Of a stretch of 64,000 nt of DNA, positions 25,805 to 36,034 are shown in pieces (the first letter of the stretch is position 1; each line of letters starts with the position of its first letter). The stretch is from contig CALAKV010000038.1 of assembly GCA_937922985.1 (NCBI GenBank), forward strand, positions 3,857 to 67,856, read 5' to 3'. Under the pieces are notes generated by a model, which saw nothing but the letters and a program-made list of their open reading frames with translations, was not told the origin of the DNA and ran no database searches. The stretch is from an uncultured bacterium. Its GTDB lineage: Bacteria; Patescibacteriota; Saccharimonadia; Saccharimonadales; Saccharimonadaceae. Both the position numbers and the translations under genes were made by a program.

Positions 25805-26871
25805 TATAAATTCTTTCCATCAATTATTACATCACCAAATCTTGCATCACCCTTTCTATCGCCTCCACAAGAAGAGCCTTTAGGACCGTCAAGAGGTGCA
25901 ATTTCAACGGCAGAAGCCGAAGGTCCAATTTTTACAACTTTATTTCTATCGCCGAAGAAATTGAAGCCACCAGCATACCATTGCACTCCGTCGTTGGAAG
26001 GTCGAACGCAGACATTAACTGTTTTTCCATTTTTAATAACAAAATTACTATTCACATTTATATCTCTAAAAGCGGCTATAAGGCCATCATTATCAAGAGA
26101 ACCATGTTCTATCATTGCTGAAGTACCGAAAGAAATTATTGAATTATCAATAGGAGATCTTAATATTAAAACGCCCGTGATTGTATCCAAACCATGCCAC
26201 TTATTATCCCCACTTGTTACTGAAGTGACCGTACTTTTGTCACTGAATGCGCGCCTTCCGCTAGCACCAATCAACCTATTATCTGTTACATTCTTGTATG
26301 TTCCGCGCCATTGCAGCTCTATATCTTTTGGACCTTTTACACTATTCTTACCACCATCAAGAACAAATTTTGTTGCACGTAAAGCCTCTATGCTATTTCT
26401 ACACTCTCTTAAATCACCGTGTAATTTACCATTCTCATCTATAACCCGACAATCCTTTGATGTATCTATATCTTTTCCTATAACATCAAAAACCCTGAAT
26501 CGATCTTGTCCAAGAGTTGCATTTTCATTCCCAGGAATAACATTTCCATTATATAGAGAAATATACTTTCCAAGTATCACACAATTGCTTGAACCCGTTA
26601 ATTTGCCGCTATTATCTTTTAAAATACTTATATTTGCACCAGACGTGTCACATTTAATTTTTGTAGAACCCTTATCATTGGTTTGATTTTCTACATCCGA
26701 AAACACACCCTGAATATCTGATTTAAAAGTATTTACTGAATCATTATAGCGCTGTTTTTCAATACTAGCATTCCAGCCAACAAGCATAGTTGCCAACATT
26801 AAGCCAGAGATACCCAAAACAAGTATCACTTCAATAATTGTAAAAGCTTTTTTCATTGTAAAGTTTTCCAT
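25804..26871 (-). CDS. large prepilin-type protein (possible tip/adhesin pilin)
   Basis: N-terminus is MKKA|FTIIEVILVLGISGLML, followed by a 330-aa globular part. Confidence 0.7.
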   Translation of the reverse strand: MENFTMKKAFTIIEVILVLGISGLMLATMLVGWNASIEKQRYNDSVNTFKSDIQGVFSDVENQTNDKGSTKIKCDTSGANISILKDNSGKLTGSSNCVILGKYISLYNGNVIPGNENATLGQDRFRVFDVIGKDIDTSKDCRVIDENGKLHGDLRECRNSIEALRATKFVLDGGKNSVKGPKDIELQWRGTYKNVTDNRLIGASGRRAFSDKSTVTSVTSGDNKWHGLDTITGVLILRSPIDNSIISFGTSAMIEHGSLDNDGLIAAFRDINVNSNFVIKNGKTVNVCVRPSNDGVQWYAGGFNFFGDRNKVVKIGPSASAVEIAPLDGPKGSSCGGDRKGDARFGDVIIDGKNL

Positions 26872-26904
26872 ATTTACTCCTATTATACCATAAGCTTTTT
26901 ATTT

Positions 26905-27807
26905 TTACATTATCAAATTGATAAAAAATACCAAAATTTGCTGTTGAAGGGCTAATAAAATTAAAGCCGCTAAAATCATTGCCGGGCCAAATGGAATTTG
27001 TGTTCCACGTTTAACTTTTCGAAAATGCAAGATAGATTGAAAAACTGCAAAAACCAAGCCCACAACATTCGAAAGGAAAAGTAGAAAAATTGCAAAAACT
27101 GGGTGGTTTGGTAAAAGAAAAATCAAGCCAACTGCCAAAATCCAGTCGCCACCACCAACCCATTGCTCTTTCGAAATTTTTGCAAGCACAAAATAGATCA
27201 ACGGGAAGAACATCATTGAAATTACTAAGTAAAAAACGGATCTCAAATTAAATCCACCAGAAACTGTCAAAAATCCAGTTGCCCAATAAATAAATGCTAA
27301 AATATTGAAAATATGTAGAAGTTTGGTTGGCAAAAGCGACCACTTAGTATCATAAATAAACATAATTGCAAGCGGAACCAGAGAAATTAATAAAATGAAA
27401 AGTCTAATTGCTGGCAAAACTAAAATTGTGCCATTCGAAATCGGGTTAAAAATTAAGAAAATAATCGCAAAAAGCGCAAACATTAAAATTTCAGAAAAAA
27501 ATTCAAGTGAGCCAATTTTCGAACGACATTTACGACATTTTCCACCAAGTGAAAGCCAAGAAATAATCGGAATTAGATCAAACCACTTTAGTTTATAGTT
27601 GCAGTTCAAGCAATGTGAGCGGTCATTTTTTGTTTTAACCGAAACTAAAGAGCGGAGTTTTTTCCATTCAGTAGAATCAACTTTTTTGCCAGATTCTCTC
27701 TCTTCTTGAAGTTGTTTTGCACGCAATCGCCAAACTTGGGCAACTGAAAAACTACCCAAAACGGCACCAATTACGCCAAAAATTAAACTTAATAGAAAAT
27801 TCTCCAC
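26905..27807 (-). CDS. pilD: prepilin peptidase (A24 family)
   Basis: 300 aa, polytopic. It has an N-terminal zinc motif CLNCNYKL...CRKCRSKI and a conserved GGGDW and FGP context. Confidence 0.85.
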   Translation of the reverse strand: MENFLLSLIFGVIGAVLGSFSVAQVWRLRAKQLQEERESGKKVDSTEWKKLRSLVSVKTKNDRSHCLNCNYKLKWFDLIPIISWLSLGGKCRKCRSKIGSLEFFSEILMFALFAIIFLIFNPISNGTILVLPAIRLFILLISLVPLAIMFIYDTKWSLLPTKLLHIFNILAFIYWATGFLTVSGGFNLRSVFYLVISMMFFPLIYFVLAKISKEQWVGGGDWILAVGLIFLLPNHPVFAIFLLFLSNVVGLVFAVFQSILHFRKVKRGTQIPFGPAMILAALILLALQQQILVFFINLIM

Positions 27808-27825
27808 TCTCTTCCTTTCGAAAAA

Positions 27826-29031
27826 TTAAACTTTTGTAACCAGCGAGTAAATTGGGAACAAAATTGCACCAATCAAACCACCCGCCATCAATGCCATTAC
27901 AACCATCAAGATTGGCTCGATCAAGGTTGAAATAGCTTTAATTTGCTCATCAAGCTCATCCTCATAAACCTGCGCGGTTTTGCCAAGCATTTCATCAATT
28001 TTACCAGATTGCTCACCAATGTTAATCATTTGTGGCACCATATCCAAAATATAATCTTTACCCTTTAAAGATTCTGAAAGACTTTTACCACCTTGAACGA
28101 GTTTTCCGGCTTCATCAATACTCTTTTTCACAATAACATTATTCATTGCATCACCACAAATGTTGAGCATATCAAACATTGCCACACCAGTTGAAAGCAA
28201 AAGCTGACCGGTTCTTGCAAATCGTGCCATATAGAGCTTTCGAAATAGCGGGCTAAACAATGGAACATTTAGTTTGAAATTTGCCGCAAATTTAATTCCT
28301 GACTCAGTTTTAAGATATTGGCGGAAGAAATAACCAGCAACACCTATTCCAACCAAAACAAGCCACCAGAAGTTAATCATAAAGTCTGATATTCCAATAA
28401 GAATTTGTGTTGCAAATGGCAATTCTTGGTGCATATCTTTATAGAGCTGCTTAACTTGAGGAACAACCTGCACCATCATAAACGCCATCACAAGACCAAT
28501 AACCACAAGAACAATTACTGGGTAAGTTAAAGCCCCACGAATCTTACTCATCATTGCCGCGTCTTTTTCTTGCTGAGTTGCAACACGGCGGAGCGATTCA
28601 TCAAGTGTTCCTGACATTTCACCAGCAGCAATCAAAGCAAGATAAACTTTATCGAAAACATCTGGAAATTTCGAAAAAGCATCTTTCAAGCTTGAGCCAC
28701 TTTCAACCGAAGCCAAAATATCATCAACAACTGAGCGCATCTTTTTATTTTCAGTTTGCTCAGAAACTGTTCGAAGGGCCTGCGCAAGAGGTAAACCTGC
28801 ACCAATCAAAGTAGCAAATTGACGAGTGAAGACAATTTTATCCTTAGTTGTAATTCGGTTCATAAACCTCGCCAAAGCGTTTTCTTGGCCAACTTCATAA
28901 ATATCGTCTTGCAAAATATAGCCTTGATCAATAAGAGCTTTTCCAGCCGCACGCTGACTATCTGCTGAAATTTCACCTTTAACGATTTTACCAGTAACAC
29001 GATCTTTTACTTTATAAGAAAATTTTTTCAT
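27826..29031 (-). CDS. pilC: type IV pilus platform protein (GspF/PilC family)
   Basis: 401 aa with two GspF repeats (FTRQFATLIGAGLPLAQAL and FARTGQLLLSTGVAMFDML). Confidence 0.9.
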   Translation of the reverse strand: MKKFSYKVKDRVTGKIVKGEISADSQRAAGKALIDQGYILQDDIYEVGQENALARFMNRITTKDKIVFTRQFATLIGAGLPLAQALRTVSEQTENKKMRSVVDDILASVESGSSLKDAFSKFPDVFDKVYLALIAAGEMSGTLDESLRRVATQQEKDAAMMSKIRGALTYPVIVLVVIGLVMAFMMVQVVPQVKQLYKDMHQELPFATQILIGISDFMINFWWLVLVGIGVAGYFFRQYLKTESGIKFAANFKLNVPLFSPLFRKLYMARFARTGQLLLSTGVAMFDMLNICGDAMNNVIVKKSIDEAGKLVQGGKSLSESLKGKDYILDMVPQMINIGEQSGKIDEMLGKTAQVYEDELDEQIKAISTLIEPILMVVMALMAGGLIGAILFPIYSLVTKV

Positions 29032-29032
29032 A

Positions 29033-30100
29033 TTAGCCTCTCATCAACCTTTCAAATTCAACTAAATCAACCGCAAATTCGCGTGCATCATCATAAGTTA
29101 CCACGCCAGATTGCACCAATTTAACAAGTGTTCTGTCCATTGTCTGCATTCCTTGGTCGGAACCAGTTTGAATAACAGTATCAAGCTGATGAGTTTTTCC
29201 TTCACGAATAATATTTCGAATTGCAGGGTTGGCAACCATAACTTCGGCCGCAACAACTCGCCCACCGCCAATTGCAGGAACAAGTCGTTGAGCACAAATT
29301 CCTTGTAGAATATTAGCAAGCTGCGAACGAACTTGAGGCTGTTGGTGCGGTGGAAAAACATCAATCATACGGTCGATTGATTGCGCTGCAGAGTTTGTGT
29401 GAAGTGTTGCAAACACTAAGTGCCCAGTTTCAGCAATTGTAATTGCAGCCGAGATTGTTTCAAGATCACGCATCTCACCAATCAAAACAACATCTGGATC
29501 TTGACGAAGCGAACTTCGAAGAGCCGCAGAAAATGAGTAAGTGTCATAATGAACCTCTCGCTGAACAATCGCTGAACGTTTCGATTTATGTGTAAACTCA
29601 ATCGGATCTTCAATTGTAATGATATGCTGAGCTTTTTCACTGTTAATTTTATCAATTAAAGCAGCAAGAGTTGTAGATTTTCCTGAACCAGTTGGTCCGG
29701 TAACTAAAACTAAACCACGCGGAAAATCGGCAAAAGACTGAATCACTGGTGGCATTCCAAGCTCAGTAATAGTTTTGATTTGATTTGGAATTAAACGAAG
29801 CGAAGCTGCCAAATTACCACGTTCATGAAAAGCATTAACACGAAAACGACCCAAATCGCCAAAGGCAAATGAGAAGTCGAATTCCTTATCTTTAATCAGA
29901 ATTTTTTGCTGATCATCATCAAGAATTACAAAAACAAGATACTCAACTTCTTCAGCATTCAATGGGTTATATCCTGGGAATGGCGCCAAAACACCATCAA
30001 GCCGCATCATTGGTGGTAAACCAACTTGCAGGTGAAGATCGCTTGCGTTTTTTCGAACGATTTCTTCAAGTAAAATTTCTATTCTTAGACTTTGATTCAT
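29033..30100 (-). CDS. pilT: type IV pilus retraction ATPase
   Basis: 355 aa with ASDLHL, Walker A GPTGSGKSTTLAALID, GEMRDLETI and ATLHTNSA motifs. Confidence 0.9.
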   Translation of the reverse strand: MNQSLRIEILLEEIVRKNASDLHLQVGLPPMMRLDGVLAPFPGYNPLNAEEVEYLVFVILDDDQQKILIKDKEFDFSFAFGDLGRFRVNAFHERGNLAASLRLIPNQIKTITELGMPPVIQSFADFPRGLVLVTGPTGSGKSTTLAALIDKINSEKAQHIITIEDPIEFTHKSKRSAIVQREVHYDTYSFSAALRSSLRQDPDVVLIGEMRDLETISAAITIAETGHLVFATLHTNSAAQSIDRMIDVFPPHQQPQVRSQLANILQGICAQRLVPAIGGGRVVAAEVMVANPAIRNIIREGKTHQLDTVIQTGSDQGMQTMDRTLVKLVQSGVVTYDDAREFAVDLVEFERLMRG

Positions 30101-30112
30101 ATTCCTCCCGTT

Positions 30113-31882
30113 TTATGCGCTATCAGACGCAACCCTATTGACTTCTTCTAATGTTGTAATTCCTGTTAAAGCTTTAAGATATCCATCTTGGCGCATTGTA
30201 ATCATCCCTTGCGCCATTGCTACTTTTTGAACCTCGTGTGAAGTTGCATGTTTAATGATAAGCTGTTGAATTTCTTCGGTCACCTCCATAACTTCATATA
30301 AACCTGCACGCCCTTGATATCCACCCGGTGTCTGGGGTGTGTCACGGCCCTTCACAAGAGTATAAGACTTTTGGTTTGCAAGAGGTAGATTTTTATATCC
30401 CAAATCAGCTGAAACTCTTTCTACTTCATCTGGTGTTTTTGGCAGTAAATGACCTACAGTCTCGATAATGCTTTGCGTTTCAAGCGGTGAAGATTGATAA
30501 GTATTTCGCTTGGCCGCAACCCTTCGAACGAGCCGCTGACCAATAATCGTATTCACCGTTGAAGCGATCAAGAAAGGTTCAATCCCCATATCAATCAAGC
30601 GAGGCAAAATTCCGGCAGCAGAGTTGGTGTGAAGTGTTGAAAATACTAAGTGTCCAGTTAATGCGGCCTGAACGGCAAGGTTGGCTGTTTCACCATCACG
30701 AATTTCTCCAACCATCACAATATCAGGGTCAAGACGCAAAATAGAGCGCAATCCCGCTGCAAAAGTTAATCCAACTTCAGCATTAACTTGAATCTGATTT
30801 ACACCGTCCATCTTATATTCAACAGGGTCTTCAAGCGTAATAATGTTTACCGAATCATCTTTAATCTCTTTAATCAATGCATAAAGCGATGTTGATTTAC
30901 CAGAACCAGTTGGACCAGATGTTAAAACCATTCCATTTGGAGCAGCGATTCCCTTTCGAATTGTTCGAAGAGCTCGCCCAGCGTATCCCATTTCTTCAAG
31001 ATTAAAAGAATTACCCGTTTTATCAAGCAAACGAATCACGACTTGCTCGCCCCAAACAACTGGCGAGATAGCGATACGAAGGTCGACTTCTTTATCTCCA
31101 ACAGCAACGGCAAACTGACCATCTTGCGGCACGCGGTGCTCATCGATCTTTAAGCTTGAGAGAATCTTAATACGTGAAATTAAAGCCGGCTCAATACTCT
31201 TTGGCAAATTCATAATTTCTCGAAGAACACCGTCTATTCGACAGCGAATTTTCAAAGATTTTTCAAGCGGTTCAATATGAATATCGGATGCTTTTGCACG
31301 AACAGCATATTCCAAAATTGTATTCAAAGCTTTCGAAATCGGTGAGTCCTGCACAATTGTTTGAACCTGCCGTTTCGATTCTGCTTCCGCCTGAGTTTGC
31401 GCATCAACATTTTCAGCCAGAGCATCAACACCGGAAAGATCAGTTTTATATTGGTCTAAAATATGCCTAATTGATTTTTGGCTCGCCATAAATACTTTTA
31501 GAGGGCGCTGAATTAGACTAGAAAGATAGTCAACGGCTTGAATGTTAGTGGCATCAAGCATTGCAACAGCAATTCGCCCCTGAACTTCAGCAATTGGAAC
31601 CGCCATATTTCGTTCAGCAATATCAACTGAAATTAAATCAAGAGTCTCTTGCGGAATGGTAGTATTTTCAAGATTGACATAGGGAATCCCCGAAACATGA
31701 GCTGTAGCGTGAATAATAATTTCATTATCAAGAAACTTATGCTCAATCATATACGACATTAGAGACTGATTATTCAAACCAGCCTCTTTTATAGCCAACT
31801 CAATTTTTGATTCTTGAATAAGACCCTCTTCAACAAGGATTTTCGCAAGTCTATCCTGAATATCATTGGTTAATAATGTCAT
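30113..31882 (-). CDS. pilB: type IV pilus assembly ATPase (GspE/PilB family)
   Basis: 589 aa with N-terminal GSPII_E N-domains, Walker A GPTGSGKSTSLYALI, GEIRDGETA and STLHTNSAAG. Confidence 0.9.
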   Translation of the reverse strand: MTLLTNDIQDRLAKILVEEGLIQESKIELAIKEAGLNNQSLMSYMIEHKFLDNEIIIHATAHVSGIPYVNLENTTIPQETLDLISVDIAERNMAVPIAEVQGRIAVAMLDATNIQAVDYLSSLIQRPLKVFMASQKSIRHILDQYKTDLSGVDALAENVDAQTQAEAESKRQVQTIVQDSPISKALNTILEYAVRAKASDIHIEPLEKSLKIRCRIDGVLREIMNLPKSIEPALISRIKILSSLKIDEHRVPQDGQFAVAVGDKEVDLRIAISPVVWGEQVVIRLLDKTGNSFNLEEMGYAGRALRTIRKGIAAPNGMVLTSGPTGSGKSTSLYALIKEIKDDSVNIITLEDPVEYKMDGVNQIQVNAEVGLTFAAGLRSILRLDPDIVMVGEIRDGETANLAVQAALTGHLVFSTLHTNSAAGILPRLIDMGIEPFLIASTVNTIIGQRLVRRVAAKRNTYQSSPLETQSIIETVGHLLPKTPDEVERVSADLGYKNLPLANQKSYTLVKGRDTPQTPGGYQGRAGLYEVMEVTEEIQQLIIKHATSHEVQKVAMAQGMITMRQDGYLKALTGITTLEEVNRVASDSA

Positions 31883-31909
31883 TACATTCCTTTTTGAGTT
31901 ATTTAGTAT

Positions 31910-32128
31910 TTATTGTCCAATATTAACTTGAACTGTTGGATTGATAGCATCCTTATTAAAAATTTCACTACTTGGTTTTACATATTCGTTCGAAATTGGT
32001 TCAGTAGTCTTAACCTCATAAGTTTGCTCAGAAAATCCACCCTGAGCCAAAGAGTTAATAACTAGATATGAAATCAAAACGCTAAAGCCCGCAATCAAAA
32101 CAATCATCGCAATATCAGTTTTTTTCAT
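31910..32128 (-). CDS. hypothetical small membrane-anchored protein in the pilus operon
   Basis: 72 aa with one N-terminal TM segment and a 1-nt overlap with the upstream gene. Confidence 0.45.
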   Translation of the reverse strand: MKKTDIAMIVLIAGFSVLISYLVINSLAQGGFSEQTYEVKTTEPISNEYVKPSSEIFNKDAINPTVQVNIGQ

Positions 32129-32994
32129 TATTTCGATCCTCCTGTAGTGCTTGAGTTTTGAGTCTTACCAGTTCCAGTTGTAGAAGTTGCTGGTTTTGCA
32201 GTTTCGTCTGCTTTAACTTTCTTGCTTTCAAGCTTCATTGTATATTTAGGATAATAGTAGGCTTTTGCAGAAAAGTTAAGACTAAATCGGTTAAGTGAAC
32301 GCTCGAATTTAAAACTCGTAATATTTATTGCTCGAATTGATCTTTCCGTCTTTCGAACAGTGTTAATTAGGTTATTAAGTGCTTCATCTTGAGTTTTAGC
32401 GGCTTGTGCTGAATTTGAGCCTTCACCCTGAAAACCTGCAGAAATTGTTGCTGAGAATTGAATATCTTTCACACCCTCTGGGATTTTATTTGGATCTTCA
32501 GTACCACTAGTTGCTGATGAGCTAGAGGAATTTGATGCCGAGCTTGAGCCTGAAAGACTTTTGTTTGCAGAATCAGAAGAATCAATACTAAATGAATCAA
32601 GAGTTACACCTTCAGAAAAAATATTCTTTTCAAGGCTAGCTGCAAGAGCGGCAGCGTTCTCACTATCAGGTAAGGCATCAGCAATAACGCGCAAACCGCC
32701 GTCTTCGGCATTAGATTTCAATTTTCGCTCATTAAGATTCGGATCGGTCTCTAATGAGCTTAATTTACTCTTTAAATCTTCAATATTTTGGATATTTTTT
32801 TGAATTGTTGAAATACTTTTATCTTGTTCGCCAAGAACTTTAGCATTAAATGTAAAAATCCTAAAAAGATAAATCATCCCAACAACAGATGCGCCAGCAA
32901 TCAAGGCAGCGCCAGCAACTGCTAAAAACATCGTTTGATTAGCCTTATTGATGGCGTTTCTCTTCAAAAAAGCTACTTCTTTATTTTCACCCAT
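32128..32994 (-). CDS. PilO-like pilus assembly protein with Ser-rich linker
   Basis: 288 aa with a TM segment, a coiled-coil, and a low-complexity S-rich region. The assignment rests on position downstream of the pilN-like gene, not on sequence motifs. Confidence 0.5.
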   Translation of the reverse strand: MGENKEVAFLKRNAINKANQTMFLAVAGAALIAGASVVGMIYLFRIFTFNAKVLGEQDKSISTIQKNIQNIEDLKSKLSSLETDPNLNERKLKSNAEDGGLRVIADALPDSENAAALAASLEKNIFSEGVTLDSFSIDSSDSANKSLSGSSSASNSSSSSATSGTEDPNKIPEGVKDIQFSATISAGFQGEGSNSAQAAKTQDEALNNLINTVRKTERSIRAINITSFKFERSLNRFSLNFSAKAYYYPKYTMKLESKKVKADETAKPATSTTGTGKTQNSSTTGGSK

Positions 32995-33761
32995 TATTTA
33001 TTCTCCTTTTCAGAATCTTTTTTTGAATTTTGAGTAAAAATTCCAGCAGGAACCTGAATAGTTGAGTCTGTTACATTCTTTCGACCAAGAGCTTTTACAG
33101 CAAAGTTTTTCGAAGAAAATTTCAAAGCTGCTTCATTTAATTTAAAGTTAACAGCAAAACGCAAAACATTTTGACCTTGTTCATTAGCTCCAAGCGAGCT
33201 TTCGTTTCGAACAACTGATCCTTCATCAGCAAGCATACAGATATTAGCGTCTTTCTCAACTTCACTAGCCTTACATTGAGAGCCTTCACCGTCATAAATA
33301 ATTTGTGAATATTTAATTGTTTTAATAAAAGCTTCAAGGGCTGGGAAACCATTGCCTGCTTGACCTTCAATTGAAACGATTCGAGTTTCAGGGTCATAAT
33401 TCACTGCAGAAAACTGAACAGCGTTTTCACCAGTAGTCTGAATTGCTGGTAAAATTGTCCCAATCAATCGTGAAGTATCTGGTGAAGCATTTCTAATTTT
33501 TTGAATTGCATTAAGCTGATTTCGAAGAGTAGCCGCTGTTTCCCCATCTTTAATTTTTTGCATATCAGCAAATTTGTCTGAAATCTCATTAGTTTTTAAA
33601 CCCATAACAAATTGCTGACCTTGAGTTGTCAAGAATAATAAAACTACTCCCGCAAGCATCGCACCACCAATAATTATAGATACAAAAGTAACTATATTTC
33701 GAAGTTGCTGAGCTTTAATAAGATCGCGTTTAACATCTGGCAAAAGGTTAATTTCAATCAT
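32994..33761 (-). CDS. pilN: PilN-like fimbrial assembly protein
   Basis: The MIEINLLPDVKRD N-terminus (the PilM-binding motif of PilN) is followed by one TM segment. Confidence 0.7.
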   Translation of the reverse strand: MIEINLLPDVKRDLIKAQQLRNIVTFVSIIIGGAMLAGVVLLFLTTQGQQFVMGLKTNEISDKFADMQKIKDGETAATLRNQLNAIQKIRNASPDTSRLIGTILPAIQTTGENAVQFSAVNYDPETRIVSIEGQAGNGFPALEAFIKTIKYSQIIYDGEGSQCKASEVEKDANICMLADEGSVVRNESSLGANEQGQNVLRFAVNFKLNEAALKFSSKNFAVKALGRKNVTDSTIQVPAGIFTQNSKKDSEKENK

Positions 33762-34810
33762 TATTTGTTACTCCTTTCGGCCAAACCTACAGCAACCGCA
33801 AATTCATTTCCAACGCTTGCAACCTGCTGTTGATATTTCGCAGGAACATTAACATTTTGGAAAGGATTTGCAGAATAAGACTGAATTCCAGTTTTCGAAG
33901 AAACATATTCTGGCATTTGTGGAATAATTCCAGAAAATCCTGAAAGTGAAATTACCCCAACTTGAGCATTTTGGTATTTTGTTCCTAAAAATTTTATTGA
34001 TTTAGCGATTTCTTGAACGAAATTTTCAAGAGTCATTTCGATGGCTCTAAAAACTTGGCCCTCTAGTTTATCTTGGGCTAAGCCGAATTTCATAATAAAT
34101 TGTCGAGCTTGATCTTCTTTAATGTTCAAATTTTGAGTAGCAGATTTAACCAAGCTTGATACTCCAGTAGGAATTGTACGAACAAGCCTTGGAGCACCTT
34201 GATACACAATAGATAAGTCAGTAGAAAGCTCACCCATATCAATAATTAGCTGAGCCTGGTCGGACTGGTTAGGCATAAACAAAGCACGAGTCATTGCTAA
34301 AGAATCAGGTTCGCTCGCAACTACATTTAAGCCTAGACCTTCAATAAATTCCATCTTCTCTTCACTATAAGTTTTAGCTGTACTTGCAAGTAAGATCTCC
34401 AATGAATCAGGGTTGGAAGGAGATTCTCCAAGAAGAGCCCAGTCGACTTGAGCGTCATCAACCGCCATTGGAATATACTGGTCAACTTGATATTTTATAT
34501 TTTTTTGTAATTCTCGCATATCCTGCTTTGGTACTTCGAAAATTGTCGTGAATGTCTTCTGGGACGTAAGACTAATCGCTACATTTTTTGTTTTAATATC
34601 GCTCTGCCCGATCATTGTTGAGATAATTTCTCCCAAACGACGACGGCTTTCATCGGAATTACTCAAAACCAATTGAGGGTCAACCGATGTATAACCGAGA
34701 CCAACCAAATTCCAAGAATTCTCTCCAGCTTTCTAAAGTTGGACAGCACGAATCGCATTTGTTCCAATATCTAACGAGAAGAAATCGCCCACACCTTTAA
34801 TATTAATCAT
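33761..34810 (-). pseudogene. pilM: pilM (actin-like ATPase) interrupted by an in-frame TAG at codon 26 (34733..34735)
   Basis: Hand translation from ATG 34810 gives MINIKGVGDFFSLDIGTNAIRAVQL*KAGENSWNLVGLGYTSVDP..., in frame with the 315-aa ORF-track product. The DIGT phosphate-1 motif lies upstream of the stop. Confidence 0.75.
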
Positions 34811-34909
34811 GCCTCTATTTTAACATAAACGTAATTAAAAAATCAAGCTTTTTTATTTTTATTTTACAAACTTTTATGTTAAAATAAAAAGACATTAAAA
34901 GGAGATTTT

Positions 34910-35986
34910 ATGAGTTTATCAATTGGAATTGTTGGACTACCAAATGTTGGTAAATCAACACTATTTAACGCACTAACTAATAATGATATTTTAGCAGCAA
35001 ATTACCCTTTTGCGACAATTGAGCCAAATACTGGAATTGTGCCAGTGCCAGATTTGCGCTTAAATAAATTAGCTGAAATTTATGGATCGCAAAAAATTAT
35101 TCCAGCAACAGTAACTTTTGTTGATATTGCTGGGCTAGTTGCGGGAGCTTCGAAAGGTGAAGGTTTAGGTAATAAATTTCTTGCAAATATTCGCCAATGT
35201 GACGCAATTGTTCATATTGTTCGAGCTTTCGTGAACAATGATATTGTTCATGTTTCGAATGAAGTTAACCCAAAAAATGATATTGAAGTTATTAATACTG
35301 AGTTGATTTTAGCAGATATTCAAACTATCGAAAACCGCTTGCCCAAACTCCAAAAAGAAGCAAAGGCAAAACCAGCTCTTCGAAAACAAGCTGAATACTT
35401 GAATAAATTAGTTGAACAACTTCAAGCTGGAGTTCTTCTCTCTTCAATAGAAGATTTAGATTACGAAGCAATTCAAGATTTACATTTACTAACCGCAAAA
35501 CCTGTAATTTATGCGTTCAATGTTGATGAAAATACTTTAACCGATGAGACTAAAAAAGAAGAACTTTCAAAAATGGTTCTTCCTGCAAAGTCAATATTTG
35601 TATGCGCTAAGTTAGAGGAAGAGCTAAAGGGTTTAAGTGAGGAAGATTCAAAAGATTTACTCGAAAGCTACGGAGTTCAAGAAACTGGCTTAAATCAGAT
35701 GATTCATGCTGCCTATGACACGCTTGGGTTACAAAGTTATATGACAGCAGGACCAAAAGAAGTCCATGCCTGGACAATCAAAAAAGGATGGACAGCCCCA
35801 CAAGCTGCAGGAGTAATTCATACAGATTTCGAAAGAGGTTTTATTGCTGCACAAGTTATCGACTTTAACGATTTAATTGAAGCTGGAAGTGAGCTTGAAG
35901 CAAAGAATCGTGGAAAAATTCGAACTGAAGGCAAAGAATATATTATGTCACCAAATGATGTTGTTGAATTTAGGTTTAACGTTTAA
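34910..35986 (+). CDS. ychF: redox-regulated ATPase YchF
   Basis: [18 protein letters not shown]...[10 protein letters not shown]...DIAGLV, plus a C-terminal TGS-like domain. Confidence 0.95.
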   Translation: MSLSIGIVGLPNVGKSTLFNALTNNDILAANYPFATIEPNTGIVPVPDLRLNKLAEIYGSQKIIPATVTFVDIAGLVAGASKGEGLGNKFLANIRQCDAIVHIVRAFVNNDIVHVSNEVNPKNDIEVINTELILADIQTIENRLPKLQKEAKAKPALRKQAEYLNKLVEQLQAGVLLSSIEDLDYEAIQDLHLLTAKPVIYAFNVDENTLTDETKKEELSKMVLPAKSIFVCAKLEEELKGLSEEDSKDLLESYGVQETGLNQMIHAAYDTLGLQSYMTAGPKEVHAWTIKKGWTAPQAAGVIHTDFERGFIAAQVIDFNDLIEAGSELEAKNRGKIRTEGKEYIMSPNDVVEFRFNV

Positions 35987-36034
35987 GATAATAAAAACCG
36001 CATATAATGTTTTGCGGTTTTTATTTTGTATAAA

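Noticed and set aside
25961-26686. 241-aa plus-strand ORF antisense to the large pilin-like gene
   Set aside because: It lies completely inside a minus-strand gene with a clear prepilin N-terminus. The product is Pro/Ser/Leu-rich low complexity with no RBS or promoter. It is the typical stop-free antisense frame of a coding region.
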